In this document: positions 39,308-49,115 of the stretch, in pieces
How the letters are laid out: each line of letters opens with the position of its first letter
Numbering within the stretch: position 1 is the stretch's first letter
From: an uncultured Nitrospira sp.
Lineage (GTDB): Bacteria; Nitrospirota; Nitrospiria; Nitrospirales; Nitrospiraceae
NCBI GenBank assembly: GCA_902500715.1
Contig: CABVRO010000005.1
Span: forward strand, 975-64,974
Reading direction: 5' to 3'
Length of the DNA stretch: 64,000 nt
The notes under the pieces: generated by a model
What the model was told of the DNA's origin: nothing
Seen by the model: only the letters and a program-made list of their open reading frames with translations
Databases searched by the model: none
Translations under genes and position numbers: made by a program

Positions 39308-40567
39308 CTACAGGCACCAGAAGCCGAGCGCAGCGAGGATCGTGGGCGGCAACGCCCCTAGAAACAGTCCCAACGGATTGATGGACTCATCCTCGAAATG
39401 GCCGCGAAGGATGGCCACGCCGGCCGGGTTCGGCGCATTGGCGATGATGGTGAGGCCGCCGCCCGTGACTGCGCCGGCTACCAGCGCGTATTTAAATCCA
39501 TCCGATAACCCTTCCACGAGCGACCCGAGATAGGTCAGCGCCGCATTGTCGGTGAAGGCCGTCAGGAGAGTCGCTCCGAAAAAAACGGCATCGTTGCTCA
39601 TGCTCAGCAAGACCGGTTGCAACCACCACTGCTGCTGCCCGCCCATCACCACCAGTCCCGCCAAAAAGAATCCCACCAGTAAGCCCTCGCGCAGGATTAA
39701 ACGATCCTGATGTCGTTCGTACGCCTGGGAGACACCCAGAAAGAATAGAAAGACTCCCAGGAACATCACCGGGTGATGGGCGAAGAGCACCACGATGCCG
39801 AGAAACACCAGGTGCAGCACGACCATCGTGAGGGGCACCCTACGATGCGCCGTTTCATGGCCTCCTGTAGAGATTCGACAGAGCTCCCGACGGAACAGCA
39901 GCGCCGCAGCCAGGGCATTGACGACCACCACGACCGCGGCTTTCCATCCGAAGTGTCCCATCATGAACGGGAAGTCCCAGTGCCAGGTGCCGGCCACCAT
40001 TAAGACCGGAGGCGCGGCAAACGGTGTGAGTGTCCCGCCGATCGAAACATTCACAAACAGCACTCCCAGGGTGGCATACCTCAAGGGTTTCGACAGGCCG
40101 TTCTGAAAAAACCGGTCGCGCAGCATCAGGGCGGCCAGGGTCATGGCTGCGGGTTCGGTAATGAATGACCCCAGCAACGGCACCAGCGTCAGAATGGTGA
40201 AATAGGCGCTCAGATTGTGCGGCAACGGGAGGGCCTTGCTGAGCAGCCGCACTCCGCTCGTGGCGGCATGCAGAATCGGGCGCGTGCCCGCGATGACCAT
40301 GATGGCGAAGACGAACAGCGGTTCCGTGAAGTTGCGTGAATCGAGGTAGTGTGTCGCGGCAGCCGGCCCATCGGTGACGAACATGACGGCGATGAGGACG
40401 AGCGCCCAGAAGCCGAAGACGACTTCGACTTCCCCCAGCAAATGCCACAGCCCGGCATGCGCCGGCCTTGTATGGGCCAGGTGCTCAAAAAATGCGGTGG
40501 AAAAGGTATGTAGGATCGCAACGACAAACAGGGCGGTCCCGATCATTTCGATAGTGGTTGGCGTCAC
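39308..40567 (-). CDS. Putative Na+/H+ antiporter (DUF1504-like)
   Basis: HLLGEVEVVFG, GSFITEPAAMT, TAFTDNAA and ANAPNPAG motifs; many TM helices. Confidence 0.8.
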   Translation of the reverse strand: MTPTTIEMIGTALFVVAILHTFSTAFFEHLAHTRPAHAGLWHLLGEVEVVFGFWALVLIAVMFVTDGPAAATHYLDSRNFTEPLFVFAIMVIAGTRPILHAATSGVRLLSKALPLPHNLSAYFTILTLVPLLGSFITEPAAMTLAALMLRDRFFQNGLSKPLRYATLGVLFVNVSIGGTLTPFAAPPVLMVAGTWHWDFPFMMGHFGWKAAVVVVVNALAAALLFRRELCRISTGGHETAHRRVPLTMVVLHLVFLGIVVLFAHHPVMFLGVFLFFLGVSQAYERHQDRLILREGLLVGFFLAGLVVMGGQQQWWLQPVLLSMSNDAVFFGATLLTAFTDNAALTYLGSLVEGLSDGFKYALVAGAVTGGGLTIIANAPNPAGVAILRGHFEDESINPLGLFLGALPPTILAALGFWCL

Positions 40568-40715
40568 GTGGATTCTTTAGGACGGTCGCGGCGAACCCCG
40601 ACGAGGGCTGACGCGCATTCGAACCGGTCTCATCACAATATATGCGCACTGTACATGGGGTGAGAGGATTTCGCCAAGCAAGAAAAGAAACGGCAGGGAC
40701 AAGACGGTTGCACGG

Positions 40716-42158
40716 TCAGCGGAGGTCGTCGTCGATCCGGATACGGCGGCGGGCCACGCCGGTCGCGCGCGCAGCCGCGGCCACTGCCTTCGCGACGCGC
40801 GGCACCACGTCGCGATCGAACACGCTGGGGATGATGTAGTCCTCCGACAGGGCCTCGGCCGGCACACAACCGGCAATGGCCTCGGCCGCCGCCAGCTTCA
40901 TGGCTTCGTTGATCTCGCTGGCTTGCACGTCGAGCGCCCCGCGGAAAATTCCGGGAAACGACAGGGCGTTGTTGATCTGGTTGGGAAAGTCCGACCGGCC
41001 GGTGGCAAAGATCCGTGAGGCCTCATCGCCCACCTTCGGTTCGATCTCCGGATCGGGGTTGGCCATCGCGAAGACGATCCGGTCCTGATTCATCCGTTCG
41101 AGATCCTCCCGGTTCAGCACATTGCCCACTGAGAGCCCGATGAACACGTCGGCGCCCTTCAAGGCATCGTGGAGCGTCCCGCGCGGCTGATCCCGACGGA
41201 TGCAGGCGTGAAGATCGGTGCGACAGGCTCGCAGTTCCTCCGCATCGCCCATCAGCACAATGCCTTCTTTGTCGCATCCGACCAGATGGGCCGCGCCTGC
41301 GGCAAGCAAAATGCGGCAACAGGCGGTTCCGGCCGCGCCTAGACCGTTCACGACGATCCGGACCTCCTCCATCCGTTTGCCGACCACCTTCAAGGCATTG
41401 GTGAGCGCAGCCAGGAGGACAACGGCCGTACCGTGCTGATCGTCGTGCATGACGGGAATGTCGAGGGACGTCTTGAGCGCCCGTTCAATTTCAAAGCAAC
41501 GCGGGGCGCTGATGTCTTCCAGGTTGACGCCGCCGAAACCGGGGGCGATGCCGCGAACGATGCGGATGATTTCATCGGGATCCTGTGTGGACACACAAAT
41601 CGGCCAGGCATCGATCCCTGCCAATTCCTTGAAGAGCATGACCTTACCTTCCATCACCGGCAGCGCGGCGGCGGGACCGAGATTGCCCAATCCGAGGACG
41701 GCGGATCCGTCGGTAACAACGGCCACGCTGTTGCTCTTGATCGTGAAGGCATAGGCTTTCGACGGGTCTTTTGCGATGGCCTGGCAGACGCGTCCCACGC
41801 CCGGGGTATAGATCATCGAGAGGACATTGCGTGTATTGACCGGGACTTTGCTCTGGACTCTGATTTTTCCTCCCAGATGGAGGAGGAAAATCCGGTCGGA
41901 TGCCGAGAGCACATTCACTTCCGGCAGGGCTTCGAGGCGTTCGAGGACATGTTCTCCGTGCGCCTCATTCTGGACATCGAAGGTAATGTCCCTGATCATA
42001 CGTTCGGCATTGGCCGACACGATGTCCACGGCTCCGAGGTTGGCCCCCTCTTCGGCCAGCAGCCCGGCGACTTTTGCGAAGATACCCGGTTTGTTGAGGA
42101 GTGCGAGGCGGACGGTCAAGCGGTAGTTGGAATAGGGACCGATGTCATCGGTGGTCAT
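40716..42158 (-). CDS. NAD(P)-dependent malic enzyme with N-terminal ACT domain
   Basis: YTPGV, TDGSAVLGLG, MEGK, NLEDISAP, HDDQHGTA and NQINN motifs; ACT-like NKPGIFAKV N-terminus. Confidence 0.9.
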   Translation of the reverse strand: MTTDDIGPYSNYRLTVRLALLNKPGIFAKVAGLLAEEGANLGAVDIVSANAERMIRDITFDVQNEAHGEHVLERLEALPEVNVLSASDRIFLLHLGGKIRVQSKVPVNTRNVLSMIYTPGVGRVCQAIAKDPSKAYAFTIKSNSVAVVTDGSAVLGLGNLGPAAALPVMEGKVMLFKELAGIDAWPICVSTQDPDEIIRIVRGIAPGFGGVNLEDISAPRCFEIERALKTSLDIPVMHDDQHGTAVVLLAALTNALKVVGKRMEEVRIVVNGLGAAGTACCRILLAAGAAHLVGCDKEGIVLMGDAEELRACRTDLHACIRRDQPRGTLHDALKGADVFIGLSVGNVLNREDLERMNQDRIVFAMANPDPEIEPKVGDEASRIFATGRSDFPNQINNALSFPGIFRGALDVQASEINEAMKLAAAEAIAGCVPAEALSEDYIIPSVFDRDVVPRVAKAVAAAARATGVARRRIRIDDDLR

Positions 42159-42523
42159 AGGCGGCGACCCGGAGGTAAGTTGGCCTTGTTAATGAGTGTA
42201 TCACAGTGGATGACGCGCAGATGCGGACCCTAAGGCCTGTTCGCTGCGCAGGGCTGCCGCGTCCCATCGAGTAAGAACTGTCGCAAAAACCTCTGCGGCA
42301 CGCCGTCGGGATGCGAGATGCACAGGAACAATGACACGAGAACCATTGGGCAGGTTTGAAGAGAATACAGGCGCAATGATTAGTTGATGTTCAGTTCATA
42401 TCTTATTGAAACTTAAGCTTTGATTTAATTCGAACCGGAGAACATGGTGAAGTTATTCGCCAGGGGTGTCCCAGGCCCTGCCGGCCTTTCCGCGTAAGCA
42501 AAATAAGGGGGTGAAGAGTTTCG

Positions 42524-42552
42524 TTGACTTTTTTTGACAGGTTGGCTACCCT
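42524..42552 (+). promoter_or_regulatory. Possible sigma70 promoter (TTGACT-N17-TACCCT) for the repeat-peptide gene
   Basis: 17-bp spacing, about 55 nt upstream of the AAGGAGG RBS/ATG. Confidence 0.5.
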
Positions 42553-42607
42553 CGGCCCGCCCTTGTGGTGGGCACTTATATTCTCAACCTTTCAAGGAGG
42601 GGTTTCC

Positions 42608-42832
42608 ATGAAGCGTGCTCTATTTGCATTCGTAGCGGCAGCCATTCTCGTTGCATTCACCGCCCCGTCTTTCGCCGGCGACGACAAGAAGAAGGAAGAG
42701 AAGAAGGGCGGCCACTTCTCCCAGACCCTCTTCGGCGATGACAAGAAGAAGGAAGAGAAGAAGGGTGGACACCTGTCCCAGACCGTGTTCGGCGAAGAGA
42801 AGAAGAAGGACGAAAAGAAGGGCGGACACTGA
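42608..42832 (+). CDS. Small secreted repeat peptide, 74 aa: signal peptide plus three GD/E-D/E-KKK-E/D-EKKGGH units
   Basis: AAGGAGG RBS, ATG 42608, signal peptide ending SFA, 57-bp DNA repeat units at 42677, 42734 and 42791, and its own terminator. Confidence 0.85.
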   Translation: MKRALFAFVAAAILVAFTAPSFAGDDKKKEEKKGGHFSQTLFGDDKKKEEKKGGHLSQTVFGEEKKKDEKKGGH

Positions 42833-42861
42833 TCCCCGCTTCCGACGTTCTTTCGTAGTCT

Positions 42862-42905
42862 AAATTGGCCCGCGACTCCGGATGCCGGCGCGGGCCAATT
42901 TTTTT
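42862..42905 (+). terminator. Intrinsic terminator after the repeat-peptide gene
   Basis: AAATTGGCCCGCG / CGCGGGCCAATTT stem followed by a T-run. Confidence 0.8.
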
Positions 42906-42979
42906 GCCTCGTGCGGCTCCCGCTCCCTCTCTCCTCCGCTTCATTGACCCGTTCAATCGGTGCGTGATACGGTTCGCGC

Positions 42980-45900
42980 ATGACCAGCACAACCGCCGGC
43001 CGCGAGCCGAATCGCCTCATACAGCAGACCAGTCCCTATCTCCTGCAACATGCCTATAACCCGGTGGATTGGTATCCCTGGGGGCCGGAGGCCTTGGCCC
43101 GGGCGGCGCAGCTGAATCGACCGATTCTGCTCTCCATCGGCTATTCCTCCTGCCACTGGTGTCACGTCATGGAGCGGGAATCGTTTGAGAACGGGGCGAT
43201 CGCCGGACTGATGAATCGACATTTTGTCTGCATCAAAGTCGATCGCGAGGAGCGGCCCGATCTGGATGAGATCTACATGCAGGCCACGCTGGCGCTGAAC
43301 CGGAATCAGGGCGGCTGGCCAATGACCGTGTTCCTCACCCCCGATCAGAAACCGTTTTTTGCCGGGACCTATTTCCCGCCTGAGGATCGATGGGGCCGTC
43401 CGGGCTTCCCCGCCCTGCTGAAGAAAATTGCCGAGTACTGGGAGAAGGACCAGGCCGGCGTCGTCGCGCAAGCGGCCACCCTCACGGCGCGCCTCCAGGA
43501 CGGCAGTCATGCCCCTTCCCCGACCACGGTCGGCGAAGCCGAACTCGACATGGCTGTGACCCAGTTTGCGGAGGACTTCGATGCCAAGCTCGGAGGATTC
43601 GGCGGCGCCCCGAAGTTCCCCCCGGCCACCGGGCTCTCGCTGTTGCTCCATTGTTATCACCGCACCAAGGATCCGCAGCCCCTCACGATGGTCCGTACCA
43701 CGCTGGATGCCATGGCGGCTGGCGGGATCTACGATCAGATCGGGGGCGGCTTCGCGCGGTACTCCACCGACGATCGGTGGCTGGTGCCCCATTTCGAGAA
43801 GATGCTGTACGACAACGCCCTGTTGGCTCGCGTCTATGTCGAAGCGTTTCAAGTGACCGGAGATCACAACTACCGTCGCGTGACCTGTGAGACTCTCGAC
43901 TATATTCTGAAGGAAATGACGTCACCCGAGGGCGGGTTCTATTCCGCAACCGATGCCGACTCCGAAGGGGTGGAGGGGAAATTCTTCGTCTGGACCCCGG
44001 AGGAAATTCGCGCGGTGCTTTCGAACGAAGAGGATGTGCGTCGGATCTGCGCCTATTACGATGTCACACCGGGTGGCAACTGGGAGCACAAGAATGTGCT
44101 GCATACGGCCAAGCCCGTCGCGTCGGTGGCGAAAGAGTTGGGGCTGACCGTCGAGGACCTGCAAGAGACCATCGAGCGGGTGAAGCCGTTGCTCTATGAG
44201 GCGCGCGCGAAACGGGTCCCACCCGGACTCGATGACAAGGTCATCACGGCCTGGAACGGAATGATGATCAGCGCCATGGCGGAAGCCGGGGGGGTGTTCG
44301 ACATGCCGCGGTACCGGGCCGCTGCCGAACGCGCCTGTGAGTTTCTCCTGACCACGCTCTCCAAGCCGGATGGACGACTCCTGCGGACTTATCGCGCCGG
44401 CACGGCTCACCTGGATGCCTATCTCGAAGACTATGCCTACTTTGCCGAAGGCTTAATCGACACCTATGAAGCAGGCGGCAACGAGCGGTACCTGTCTGCA
44501 GCGATGCGGCTCGCGGAGCAGATCCTGGCGGATTTTTCCGAGGGTCAACAGGGCGGGTTCTTCACGACGGCCACGGGCCACGAAGCCCTGATCATGCGCA
44601 GTCGTGAAGGTCCTGACGGAGCCACCCCGAGCGGAAATGCCGTGGCGGCCTCGGCGCTGGCCAGATTGTCCTACCACTTCGGGCGGGAAGATTTCCGGCA
44701 GGCGGCTGCGGCGGCTGTGCGCGCCTACGGTCGCCAGATCGCCCGCTACCCGCGGGCATTCGCGAAGAGTCTGATCGTCGTCGATTTGTTGACCAGCGGG
44801 CCGGTAGAAATTGCCGTCGTCGGGACATCCGGCGAACCCAACACCGTCGCGTTGCGCGCGGCAGTCAGCCGGACCTACATTCCGAATCGTGTCATCGCCT
44901 ATCGCGAGTCGCAGCAGCCCGAACCGACCCATCCGCTCTTGCAGGGGAAGGCCCTGGTCGGCGGCAAGGCGGCGTTGTATGTCTGCCGGAATTTTTCCTG
45001 CCGACAACCGATCACCGATCCCGCGGATCTCCCTGCTCTGCTCGATCCGTCGCAAAAAGCTGCATCGCCGTCGACCGTGCCCGAACAAAAGGTCTTGAGC
45101 GGAAATTTGTATCCGGGGGCCGCGACTGTTCAAGGCACGGCCGGTTACGCGGCCAGGAAGATCCACGATGCCACCGGGGCCGGCTCGTTGGCGAACGGGT
45201 TCGGGCCGTTCGGGGCGACAGGACTGACGGTCAGCCGTCTCGGATTCGGCACGTACCGGGTCGGGCAACGGGAAGCGGAGCATCGAGAGGCCTTGATCAA
45301 GGCGATTCGCTCGGGCTGCAACCTGATCGACACTTCGACGAATTACATGGACGGCGAGAGCGAGCAGGTGGTCGGTTCGGTCCTCCAGCAATTGGTCCGT
45401 GCCGGTGAAGTGACCCGCGAGGAAATCATCGTCGTGTCGAAGATCGGTTATGTGCAGGGTCAGAATCTGGCCCTGGCCAAAACCCGGGAGAAATCCGGCA
45501 AGACCTATCCGGACATGGTGAAGTATGGCGACGATGTCTGGCACTGCATTCATCCGGAGTTTCTGGCGGATCAATTGACGCTGTCCCTGGATCGACTGGG
45601 GTTGGCGACGTTGGATGTCTGTTTGCTCCACAACCCGGAGTATTTCCTGTCCCATGCGACCCGGCTCGGCACCGGTGAGCAGCGAGAGCTGTCTGCGCTG
45701 CGCGATGAATTTTATGCGCGACTGCAATTGGCATTCGAGTATTGCGAGCGGCAGGTCGAAACAGGCCGGCTGCGCGGCTATGGCGTGTCGTCCAATACGT
45801 CCACGGCGTCTCCGGATGAACCCGGCGCCACGTCGTTGTCCAGCATGATTGAAGCCGCGAAGGCGGCGGCGAAGAACGTCGGAGCGGCCGATCACCATTT

Positions 45901-46678
45901 CACGGTCTTGCAGTGCCCGATGAATGTGCACGAGTCCGGCGCGGTTCTGATCAAGAATACGGGACAGGGCAACGGCAGCACGGTGCTGGATGAAGCCGTG
46001 AGGAACGGTGTCGCGGTGCTCGTGAATCGTCCGCTGAACGCCATGCCGGCCCAGCGCGGCGGCGTGGTGCGATTGGCCGATGTGCCCGTGCCGGCGCCAG
46101 AGGCGGAATTCGAGACGCAGCGACAGAGGGTTGCTCTCTTGGAAGAAGAGTATCGAAGGGATCTCGCGCCGGCGGTGGCCCATAGCGGCCAAGGCATGCT
46201 TCCCGCGGACTTTTTCCGATGGGCCGACGAACTCAACCGCATCCGCACGCAGGTGCAGGGCTTGGAACATTGGGAGCAAATCGAAACGCAGATGATCGCA
46301 CCCCACGTCAACCAGGTGCTTCGCACGCTTTCCGAAGCGTTTACAGGTACCGTGGCGGAGCAGTGGGAAGCCTGGCGTGACCGGTACGTACCGGAACTCC
46401 TCGCGCTCCTGCGAACGCTGCATCGGGAAGCCAGCGAGCGGAGCCGTCTGCGCGCGGAAGAGCTGCATCGAAGCATCGATCCGCTGTTGCCAGAACCGAG
46501 ACGGAAGGCGAGCTTGTCGCAGAAGGCGCTGTGGATTCTCTCCAGCACTGCGGGTGTGACGTCAGTGCTCAACGGAATGCGCACGCCGACCTACGTGGAC
46601 GACGCGCTGCAGATCCTGCGGTGGGAGTCGTTGTCGGATGCGCGACGCGTATACGATCGCTGTGCCGAGAAGAAGTAA
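42980..46678 (+). CDS. Fusion of a DUF255/YyaL-type thioredoxin plus alpha/alpha-barrel protein and a C-terminal aldo/keto reductase
   Basis: NRL....[28 protein letters not shown] and [10 protein letters not shown] (YyaL). Then [20 protein letters not shown] and LLHNP (AKR tetrad D, Y, K, H). Confidence 0.88.
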   Translation: MTSTTAGREPNRLIQQTSPYLLQHAYNPVDWYPWGPEALARAAQLNRPILLSIGYSSCHWCHVMERESFENGAIAGLMNRHFVCIKVDREERPDLDEIYMQATLALNRNQGGWPMTVFLTPDQKPFFAGTYFPPEDRWGRPGFPALLKKIAEYWEKDQAGVVAQAATLTARLQDGSHAPSPTTVGEAELDMAVTQFAEDFDAKLGGFGGAPKFPPATGLSLLLHCYHRTKDPQPLTMVRTTLDAMAAGGIYDQIGGGFARYSTDDRWLVPHFEKMLYDNALLARVYVEAFQVTGDHNYRRVTCETLDYILKEMTSPEGGFYSATDADSEGVEGKFFVWTPEEIRAVLSNEEDVRRICAYYDVTPGGNWEHKNVLHTAKPVASVAKELGLTVEDLQETIERVKPLLYEARAKRVPPGLDDKVITAWNGMMISAMAEAGGVFDMPRYRAAAERACEFLLTTLSKPDGRLLRTYRAGTAHLDAYLEDYAYFAEGLIDTYEAGGNERYLSAAMRLAEQILADFSEGQQGGFFTTATGHEALIMRSREGPDGATPSGNAVAASALARLSYHFGREDFRQAAAAAVRAYGRQIARYPRAFAKSLIVVDLLTSGPVEIAVVGTSGEPNTVALRAAVSRTYIPNRVIAYRESQQPEPTHPLLQGKALVGGKAALYVCRNFSCRQPITDPADLPALLDPSQKAASPSTVPEQKVLSGNLYPGAATVQGTAGYAARKIHDATGAGSLANGFGPFGATGLTVSRLGFGTYRVGQREAEHREALIKAIRSGCNLIDTSTNYMDGESEQVVGSVLQQLVRAGEVTREEIIVVSKIGYVQGQNLALAKTREKSGKTYPDMVKYGDDVWHCIHPEFLADQLTLSLDRLGLATLDVCLLHNPEYFLSHATRLGTGEQRELSALRDEFYARLQLAFEYCERQVETGRLRGYGVSSNTSTASPDEPGATSLSSMIEAAKAAAKNVGAADHHFTVLQCPMNVHESGAVLIKNTGQGNGSTVLDEAVRNGVAVLVNRPLNAMPAQRGGVVRLADVPVPAPEAEFETQRQRVALLEEEYRRDLAPAVAHSGQGMLPADFFRWADELNRIRTQVQGLEHWEQIETQMIAPHVNQVLRTLSEAFTGTVAEQWEAWRDRYVPELLALLRTLHREASERSRLRAEELHRSIDPLLPEPRRKASLSQKALWILSSTAGVTSVLNGMRTPTYVDDALQILRWESLSDARRVYDRCAEKK

Positions 46679-46752
46679 CTTGCCCTGTTCGTTCGATTTG
46701 ATTATTCTGTGCCTCGTCCACTCCACGAACTCACCTAGCGCCGGAGGTTTTC

Positions 46753-47328
46753 ATGATACGTTTGCGCCCGTTTGTCCTGCTCGGATTGCTTGCCGTCGCC
46801 GGCCCCTTGTTTCTTGACGGCTGCGCGAGCAAATCGGGAACCAGTGGAGGAGTGACGGCGACTCCACCGAAGCCCCGCGCGGAGGAGCGTGTGGCTGCGG
46901 CTCCGGTACAGGAAATCCCCGCCCCGCCGGAACCGGCTCCGGTGCCGTTGCGATCGGTGGAGATGGCCGCGCGGAATGCGACCGGGGAGCAGAACATTCC
47001 GTTCCCCGATGTGCTGTTCGATTTCGACCAATACGTTTTGCGGGACGATGCGCTCACTGCGGTGGAGGCCAATGCCAAGCGGTTGAAAGATAACCGGATC
47101 ACCAAGGTGTTGTTGGAAGGCCGTTGCGACGAAGTCGGGACCTCCGAATACAATCTGGTGTTGGGGGAACGGCGAGCCCTCTCCGTAAAACGGTATCTCG
47201 AATCGTTGGGCATGAGTCAGTTGCAGGTGGATCTCACCAGTTACGGAAAAGACCGGCCGTTGTGCCTCCAGCACAATCCGGTCTGCTGGCAGAAGAACCG
47301 CAGCGTCCATTTCGTGGTGAAAGAATAG
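46753..47328 (+). CDS. pal: Peptidoglycan-associated lipoprotein (Pal/OmpA family)
   Basis: Lipobox LDGC; FDFD, EGRCDEVGT.EYN..LGERRA, SYGK and NRSV motifs. Confidence 0.88.
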   Translation: MIRLRPFVLLGLLAVAGPLFLDGCASKSGTSGGVTATPPKPRAEERVAAAPVQEIPAPPEPAPVPLRSVEMAARNATGEQNIPFPDVLFDFDQYVLRDDALTAVEANAKRLKDNRITKVLLEGRCDEVGTSEYNLVLGERRALSVKRYLESLGMSQLQVDLTSYGKDRPLCLQHNPVCWQKNRSVHFVVKE

Positions 47329-47352
47329 TCGTTCCCCGACAGTTTCCTCACT

Positions 47353-47388
47353 GCGCGGCACGGGGTGACTCTCGCCTGTGCCGCGCTT
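47353..47388 (+). terminator. Hairpin after the pal-like gene
   Basis: GCGCGGCACGGG / CCTGTGCCGCGC stem with a weak T tail. Confidence 0.5.
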
Positions 47389-47418
47389 GTCCTCCCGCAT
47401 TCCACTTCGAGCCCATTC

Positions 47419-47457
47419 GTAACAGAGAATTTACGGGAGCCTAACCATTCTGGAACG
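47419..47457 (+). promoter_or_regulatory. Pho-box-like 11-bp periodic repeats (GTAACA, TTTACG, CTAACC, GGAACG)
   Basis: Hexamers start at 47419, 47430, 47441 and 47452, upstream of the CBS gene. Confidence 0.45.
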
Positions 47458-47540
47458 TCACAGGAGTATCCTCCTTATTAGAACATCGGCAAGGTGAGAG
47501 ACAGCCGCCGATGACACACATTCAACAAGGAGGATACAGT

Positions 47541-47924
47541 ATGGTGACAGTCAGCGATCTCATGACGAAGAAACTGGTGACCGTACAGGCCGGCACTTCG
47601 GCGGCGGACGCAGCCAGAGTGATGAACGAGCGCCATGTCGGCAGCGTGTTTATCGAGCAGAACGACCGTGTGGTCGGCATCGTGACCGAGTCCGATATTG
47701 TGCGAAAGGTCGTGGGTGAAAACAGACCGGTGCATTTCGTTCCCGTGGAATCCATCATGAGCAGCCCTGTCATCAGTTTGGATGAGCGGCGTTCGATCAC
47801 GGAAGCGGCCGATCTCATGCAACATCACCATACGCGCCATCTGGGCGTGTTGAAGAGCGGCGCGATCGTCGGCGTGCTCTCGGTGCGCGATCTGCTCCAG
47901 CCGGTGTCGGTGGACGAGTTCTAA
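47541..47924 (+). CDS. Tandem CBS-domain protein
   Basis: VSDLMT, VGIVTESDI, IMSSPV and VGVLSVRDL motifs; AAGGAGG RBS. Confidence 0.92.
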   Translation: MVTVSDLMTKKLVTVQAGTSAADAARVMNERHVGSVFIEQNDRVVGIVTESDIVRKVVGENRPVHFVPVESIMSSPVISLDERRSITEAADLMQHHHTRHLGVLKSGAIVGVLSVRDLLQPVSVDEF

Positions 47925-48167
47925 CTCGCCACCCCATCGGGGCCTCGCCATCGGCGTCCGGCCGAGCCCCAACCGGATAGATTCTTCCCCTCGACAATCC
48001 CATCCTTCGGTTTCTCCCCTGCCTTGGCGGCATACTCCCCGCCTTTCTTTCCGTTCGGGTTCAGCATACCGGCGCCATGCACGTTCCCAGCGCAGTGAAT
48101 CGAAGGCGACCCGCGGCAGGCTCGGCGGTTCGGCGGTATGGCGAAATGGCGCGTGGAACGGCGAGAG

Positions 48168-48857
48168 TTAGGAAGATTGCAGTTTGTATCCGATGCCGCG
48201 AATCGTGACGACGAATCTTGGCTTGGAGGGATCCGCCTCGATTTTCTGACGGAGCGAGTGAATGTGGACATCCAGCGCATGTTCTTCGAGCGCGTAATCT
48301 TCTCCCCAGACCCGGTTGAGCAGATCTTGCCTCGACAGCACGACACCCGGTGAGAGAAGAAATTGATGGAGGATACGAAATTCCTTCGGTGTGAGTTCGA
48401 CGAGGGCTCCCCCAACCGTCACCTCATGGCGGGAGATATCCATCGTGAGGCCTTCGACGCGAAGAACGGATGGAGCCGCCGATGGCATGTTGTGGCGACG
48501 AAGGATCGCCCGAATATGCGCCAGTAGTTCGCGGGAGTGGGGAGAACAAAAGACGAGGTCGAAGCCGGCATCCAGCTCGGTGAGGCATTCATCCTGGCCG
48601 CAGGATTTGTCGAACGGCTGCAGCACGATGATGGGGATCGCAGGAGGAAACTGATCCCGGCGTCCTCCCTCCGTGGCAAGGATCTGCCGATCCAACAAAA
48701 TCAACATTGGAGGCCGTCGCCGGATCTCGCTCAGTGCGGCGGCCAATGTCGTCGACACCCAGGCACGATAACCGTTCAGCTCGAGCAGTTTCTCCAAAGA
48801 GCCGGTGGCAGTCCGGTCGGCGCTCACCAGAAGAATCGTCTTTTCCAAGTCGGTCAT
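48168..48857 (-). CDS. OmpR/PhoB-family regulator with degenerate receiver domain
   Basis: Canonical winged helix (LTPKEF, SRQDLLNRVWG, LDVHIHSLRQKIE, TIRGIGYK). The receiver lacks most of the acidic pocket, the switch Thr and the conserved Lys. Confidence 0.85.
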   Translation of the reverse strand: MTDLEKTILLVSADRTATGSLEKLLELNGYRAWVSTTLAAALSEIRRRPPMLILLDRQILATEGGRRDQFPPAIPIIVLQPFDKSCGQDECLTELDAGFDLVFCSPHSRELLAHIRAILRRHNMPSAAPSVLRVEGLTMDISRHEVTVGGALVELTPKEFRILHQFLLSPGVVLSRQDLLNRVWGEDYALEEHALDVHIHSLRQKIEADPSKPRFVVTIRGIGYKLQSS

Positions 48858-48970
48858 GCGGCTGAACCCTCCTCTCGAGGATGCACTATGGCGTCGGGAG
48901 ATTGTTGAGCGGTCATCGACATGTTACGTGCGTGTAAATTTTATTGCCGGTCGACGGGCCTCAGCGGCTG

Positions 48971-49009
48971 TTTACAAAGACTTAACCAGTCGGTGACAGT
49001 GCTGTCACG
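48971..49009 (+). promoter_or_regulatory. Pho-box-like repeats upstream of the porin (TTTACA, TTAACC, GTGACA, GTCACG)
   Basis: Hexamers start at 48971, 48982, 48993 and 49004, an exact 11-bp period. Confidence 0.7.
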
Positions 49010-49115
49010 AAGCGGACCGATAGTGCGCCCGTGAAATCATCCGGTTTTATCATCTGTACTGTGGGCCGCGATGATGGGCCGATCGGTACAAGCATCACAC
49101 TATGAGGAGGCTTGA

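Noticed and set aside
42677-42829. 57-bp tandem repeats as a CRISPR-like array
   Set aside because: The units are in-frame coding repeats without unique spacers, and no cas genes are present.
44453-46468. 671-aa minus-strand ORF (likewise 57138-58496, 51103-52281 and others)
   Set aside because: Antisense shadows of well-supported genes in GC-rich DNA; no motifs.
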